Assembly: GCF_009914755.1 (NCBI RefSeq) | Contig: NC_060927.1 | Reading direction: 5' to 3' (one strand) | Length of the DNA: 64,000 bases | From: the human T2T-CHM13v2.0 reference genome, Homo sapiens | Part shown: piece by piece, positions 57,217-64,000 of the stretch | Numbering within the stretch: position 1 is the stretch's first letter | Layout of the letters: each line of letters starts with the position of its first letter | The notes under the pieces: generated by a model | What the model was told of the DNA's origin: nothing | The model's database searches: none | The model's input: only the letters and a program-made list of their open reading frames with translations | Program-made: the position numbers and the translations under genes

Positions 57217-57313
57217 CCTTAGAGGTACAACACATAGATATGGTGCGACGGTAGGGACCGAACGAATCATGATCAGAACCCACCTTCACACCATCAACAC
57301 ACTCATTACTCAC

Positions 57314-57367
57314 TTGCCGTTGTTCAGGGTAAGCATGCCTATGAAGCCTCAGATAAACTTCGATTTT
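57314..57367 (-). CDS. DPPA2: DPPA2 exon 5: [18 protein letters not shown] (end of the SAP motif)
   Basis: Acceptor TTCCTAAG ending 57368; donor GTGAGT at 57313; 54 nt, phase 0-0; too short for the ORF track. Confidence 0.94.
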
Positions 57368-57442
57368 CTTAGGAAATGAAGAGAGAGATTAAGTTAAAAG
57401 TTGACAAAGACTCCCATAATTATTCCCAGCAGCAGATATTCA

Positions 57443-57679
<237 letters not shown>

Positions 57680-57693
57680 TTACAAAGATCTAG

Positions 57694-60710
<3,017 letters not shown>

Positions 60711-60728
60711 TTAACAAGGTGAGATTTA

Positions 60729-61007
<279 letters not shown>

Positions 61008-61449
61008 TCATTTGATGCGGTACAACTAAACTGCTTGCTTTCAAGGCAAAAGTCATGAATAAGGAACTGAGAAGACAGTAGGTGGATGGAGAAAAGAATT
61101 ACTGGGATTCCTAGAATGTGATGTTGATTAGCAGACCCTTTATTAAATAAAGGAAACATGGAAAAAAACGGGCAAAAGCCAATTTACATGTAGGTGTTAA
61201 TGAAAGAGAAAATAGAAGGGTAGGGCTTGGGTTTAGAGAATTATTTCCCTCAGGGCCTTCCTCCTCATCAGCCAAAACACAAAATACTTTCATTAAGTCT
61301 CCTAAATCTGTATGGAGTGTGTTCCTGCCTTTCCATCTTCTATCACATGATTCCCAAGATTCCCAATTCCCATATCAAATTTCACAGCACAAGCAATAAC
61401 CTCCTGTTATCCCCAAATCCACTGTAACTCTGCTATTTCTGCACCGATT

Positions 61450-61960
61450 GTTCCATGCTTGTTGAAAATTATTCAATGGCTTGTCATTGTTATTCTGGTT
61501 AATGACAAAACTCAAATTAGCTCACAGAGCTGTGTAGCTTACAAATTCTCCAACAGTCTGGTCCCTGCCTGCCTCTCCAGCTCATGACCTCTGAGCTTTC
61601 TGAGCTCCAGCCACACTGGGCTCATTTCAGCTCCAAGACCTGAGGAGAGTGTATCTGTTTTACTCTCTGTTGCTTTCACAGAAACACAGCAGTCTACACA
61701 GAGTAGGCATTCAATGTTGTTTTTATGATCTGATGAATAAAAGATAAAGTAGAAAAGCAGGTAGATAGAAAGAAACTAACATTTACTGGTTCTCTACAGT
61801 ACACAGGCACTATGCTAGGTGTTCTTTATTTCTCAAATTTAATTCTCATAGTATACTTGTAGTAATTTATTAATTTTCCTGCTTTACAAATGAGGAAACT
61901 AAATGAGCAATGCCATAGAGTAACACAGGCTTGAGTATGGTTCTGAAGTTAGCTTTTCTT
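61450..61960. mobile_element. L2 3' fragment (+, ~61450-61740) and MIR (-, ~61775-61950)
   Basis: TCTGGTCCCTGCCTGCCTCTCCAGC...AGTAGGCATTCAAT; TTTACAAATGAGGAAACT. Confidence 0.6.
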
Positions 61961-62797
61961 CTCAAATCCAAGGGTGAATAAACTCCATTCCAGTCCTATT
62001 GCAATATTCTCTTCTAGTGCTGATGCCACACTCCTGTCTCCTATTTAACCTCTTCAGTAGTTTCCCATTACTCTTAGTTTACTTCAAAATAACACTGACA
62101 TTATTTAGGGAATACTACTCTATTACAGAGAAAAGTAGGGGCTCAAAGCAGCTATGTGACTTCCCCATAATCATATAGCTAATATTGGCCAATTCAGTCC
62201 TTTAGCCAGAGGACGGGTACAGTGATGCCTGTAAATACACTATGACACCTCCTCTAGTTTCTCATAGAGCCAGGACTACCCAAGCCTAATCTTGAAACTC
62301 ATTTGGTACCAAGGCCACTGGGAGTAGATATTTCCTACTCTGAAAGAAAGTAACCAATTGGTCACTTTACTTTATGACTTTATCCACATTACCGCCTTCA
62401 CTTTCTTTTCACCTTTGCTTTTAAAAAAAAACTTATTTTTAATTTTTAATTATCTTTTCTCTAATATTATTATTCTCCATGCCATTTTTATTTATTTATT
62501 TTTACCATTTTTATCTTGTCCAGCTATAGCACTTCTCATCTTTCCTACCAAAGAAATATTTTCCTTTGGACTAAGAGGAGAAAATTTTACTTCTTTTTAC
62601 TCTCATCCAAATGCACATAAAAGCACAATCACATGAAAGAAAACTAACAATCTATTTGCAAAGAAGAGGAGGTTTCAAGATGGAGATTTCTTACATCCAG
62701 GAATGAAGATTTGTGGTAAAAGAGAAACATAAGGGAGACCTAGAAAGACTCTGAAAAGCGACTGTGAGAAAAGTAATTCTATTAGAATGAAACTTAC

Positions 62798-62830
62798 CTT
62801 CTTGCTGCTATCCAAATTTGCATCTGACAT
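62798..62830 (-). CDS. DPPA2: DPPA2 coding exon 1 (exon 2; whole exon 62798-62843 including 13 nt of 5' UTR): MSDANLDSSKK
   Basis: ATG at 62830-62828 in context GCTGAAAATGT; acceptor CCCAG ending 62844; donor GTAAGT at 62797; phase 0. Confidence 0.96.
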
Positions 62831-63068
62831 TTTCAGCAACACCCTGGGGAAGGCAAGGACAGCAATGTTAAGGATATGGTAGTTTACTTCTCTTAACCTG
62901 CTTTCTCCTTTTATAAGCAAATGTTTCCTTCTACTTCCTGTTACCCAGATGAGCTCTTGTTTTCCTTTCCTCCTCTTTTTGCCCTCCCTCATTTTCTGGT
63001 AATGGGATAATTTTATCAATTTTATACCCTGTCTTGTCCATTCAGTGACAATGTTTTTTTAAAAATTA

Positions 63069-63345
63069 GGCTGGGTGCGATGGCTCATGCCTGTAATCCC
63101 AGCACTTTGGGAGGCCCAGGGGGGGCGGATCGATTGAGTCCAGGAGTTCGAGATCAGCCTGGGAAACATGGCGAGACCCCCATTTCTACAAAAAAACACA
63201 AAAATTAGGCGGGCGTTGTGGCGAGCGCCTGTAATCCCACCTACTCGGGAGGGGTTGGTGGGAGGACTGCTTGAGCCCAGGAGGCGCAGGTTACAGCGAT
63301 CCGAGATCGCACCACTGCACTCCAGCTTCGCGAGACTCTGTCTCA
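63069..63345 (+). mobile_element. AluJ-type element in DPPA2 intron 1
   Basis: J-type GTGGGAGGACTGCTTGAGCCCAGGAGG; many non-CpG substitutions. Confidence 0.88.
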
Positions 63346-64000
63346 ACAAGTGAAAGAAGGAAAGAAAGAAGAAAAAAAAATAGGTGAAACTTGAAAGAAA
63401 ACTGAAAATGACAAACACTTGTTGACAAGTTCCAATGGAATGAACAGAATGTTTTAGAACAGTTATAAGACGATATTGGTAACAAATTACTTATTACGAA
63501 GGGAATGGAAAAAAGATTCAGAGCATTTTACGCAGGTATTTTATACCTGATTTATGCACGGGGGTATGTTACTCACTGAAAGATTCCAGATTTAAATTGT
63601 GGGGGTTGGATAACATAATCTCTCTTCGATCTAGTTCTAAATACAAATATTAAGCCTGCAATAATATTGAGCTGGTTGGAGGAGAAGGATTTGGCTGTTC
63701 AGAATAGCAACAAGAGCCAAAACACCAAGGCAAGTGGTGGAGTAACGAAGGCAGAAGGAACGATGCACTTAGGAATTGCTGGAGCCTAATGTTGGACACG
63801 GAATGTGGCAAAATATGAAGCAGGTGTTCTCATAGGTCACTCTAAGAAGCCAGAGCAACTAAAGGAAATTTCATTCACCAATAATATGGCAGCACTGGAC
63901 AACCAAGTACCTTTACAATGGGCTTTTTCTGTCCCTGGGAAAATGATTTGGTCCATTAATCTCAGGACCCAGGGTGACCATGGTCCATTTAAGTTACTAG

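Noticed and set aside
62816-62823. Octamer ATGCAAAT inside DPPA2 exon 2
   Set aside because: Explained by codons D-A-N; no adjacent SOX motif noticed.

Overview
Primate, almost certainly human, genomic DNA that is AT-rich and extremely Alu-dense (roughly 70 Alu copies or fragments), with MaLR/ERVL/ERV1 solo LTRs, old L1/L2/MIR and DNA-transposon fossils. The only intact gene is DPPA2 on the minus strand. Its seven coding exons (62798-62830 down to 48686-48728) splice with canonical GT-AG into an 897-nt, 298-aa ORF, followed by a purely 3'-UTR last exon (~42077-42292). The non-coding first exon and promoter lie beyond the right edge. The main unexpected observation is a chain of about 17 exon-like segments on the plus strand in the repeat-free islands between 91 and ~33500. 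Their splice phases mostly join into one reading frame, which is broken by stops, decayed donors and Alu insertions. This looks like a dead multi-exon gene, tail-to-tail with DPPA2, whose N-terminal part resembles WD40 proteins of the WDR87/WDR97 type (similarity from memory, not from a search). Also notable: the donor of the DPPA2 3'-UTR intron sits exactly on the first bases of a MER34-like LTR, two fused inverted-Alu chimeras lie in DPPA2 introns, and an old Alu near the promoter has kept its CpGs. Repeat subfamily names are recognised from memory and need RepeatMasker/Dfam confirmation.
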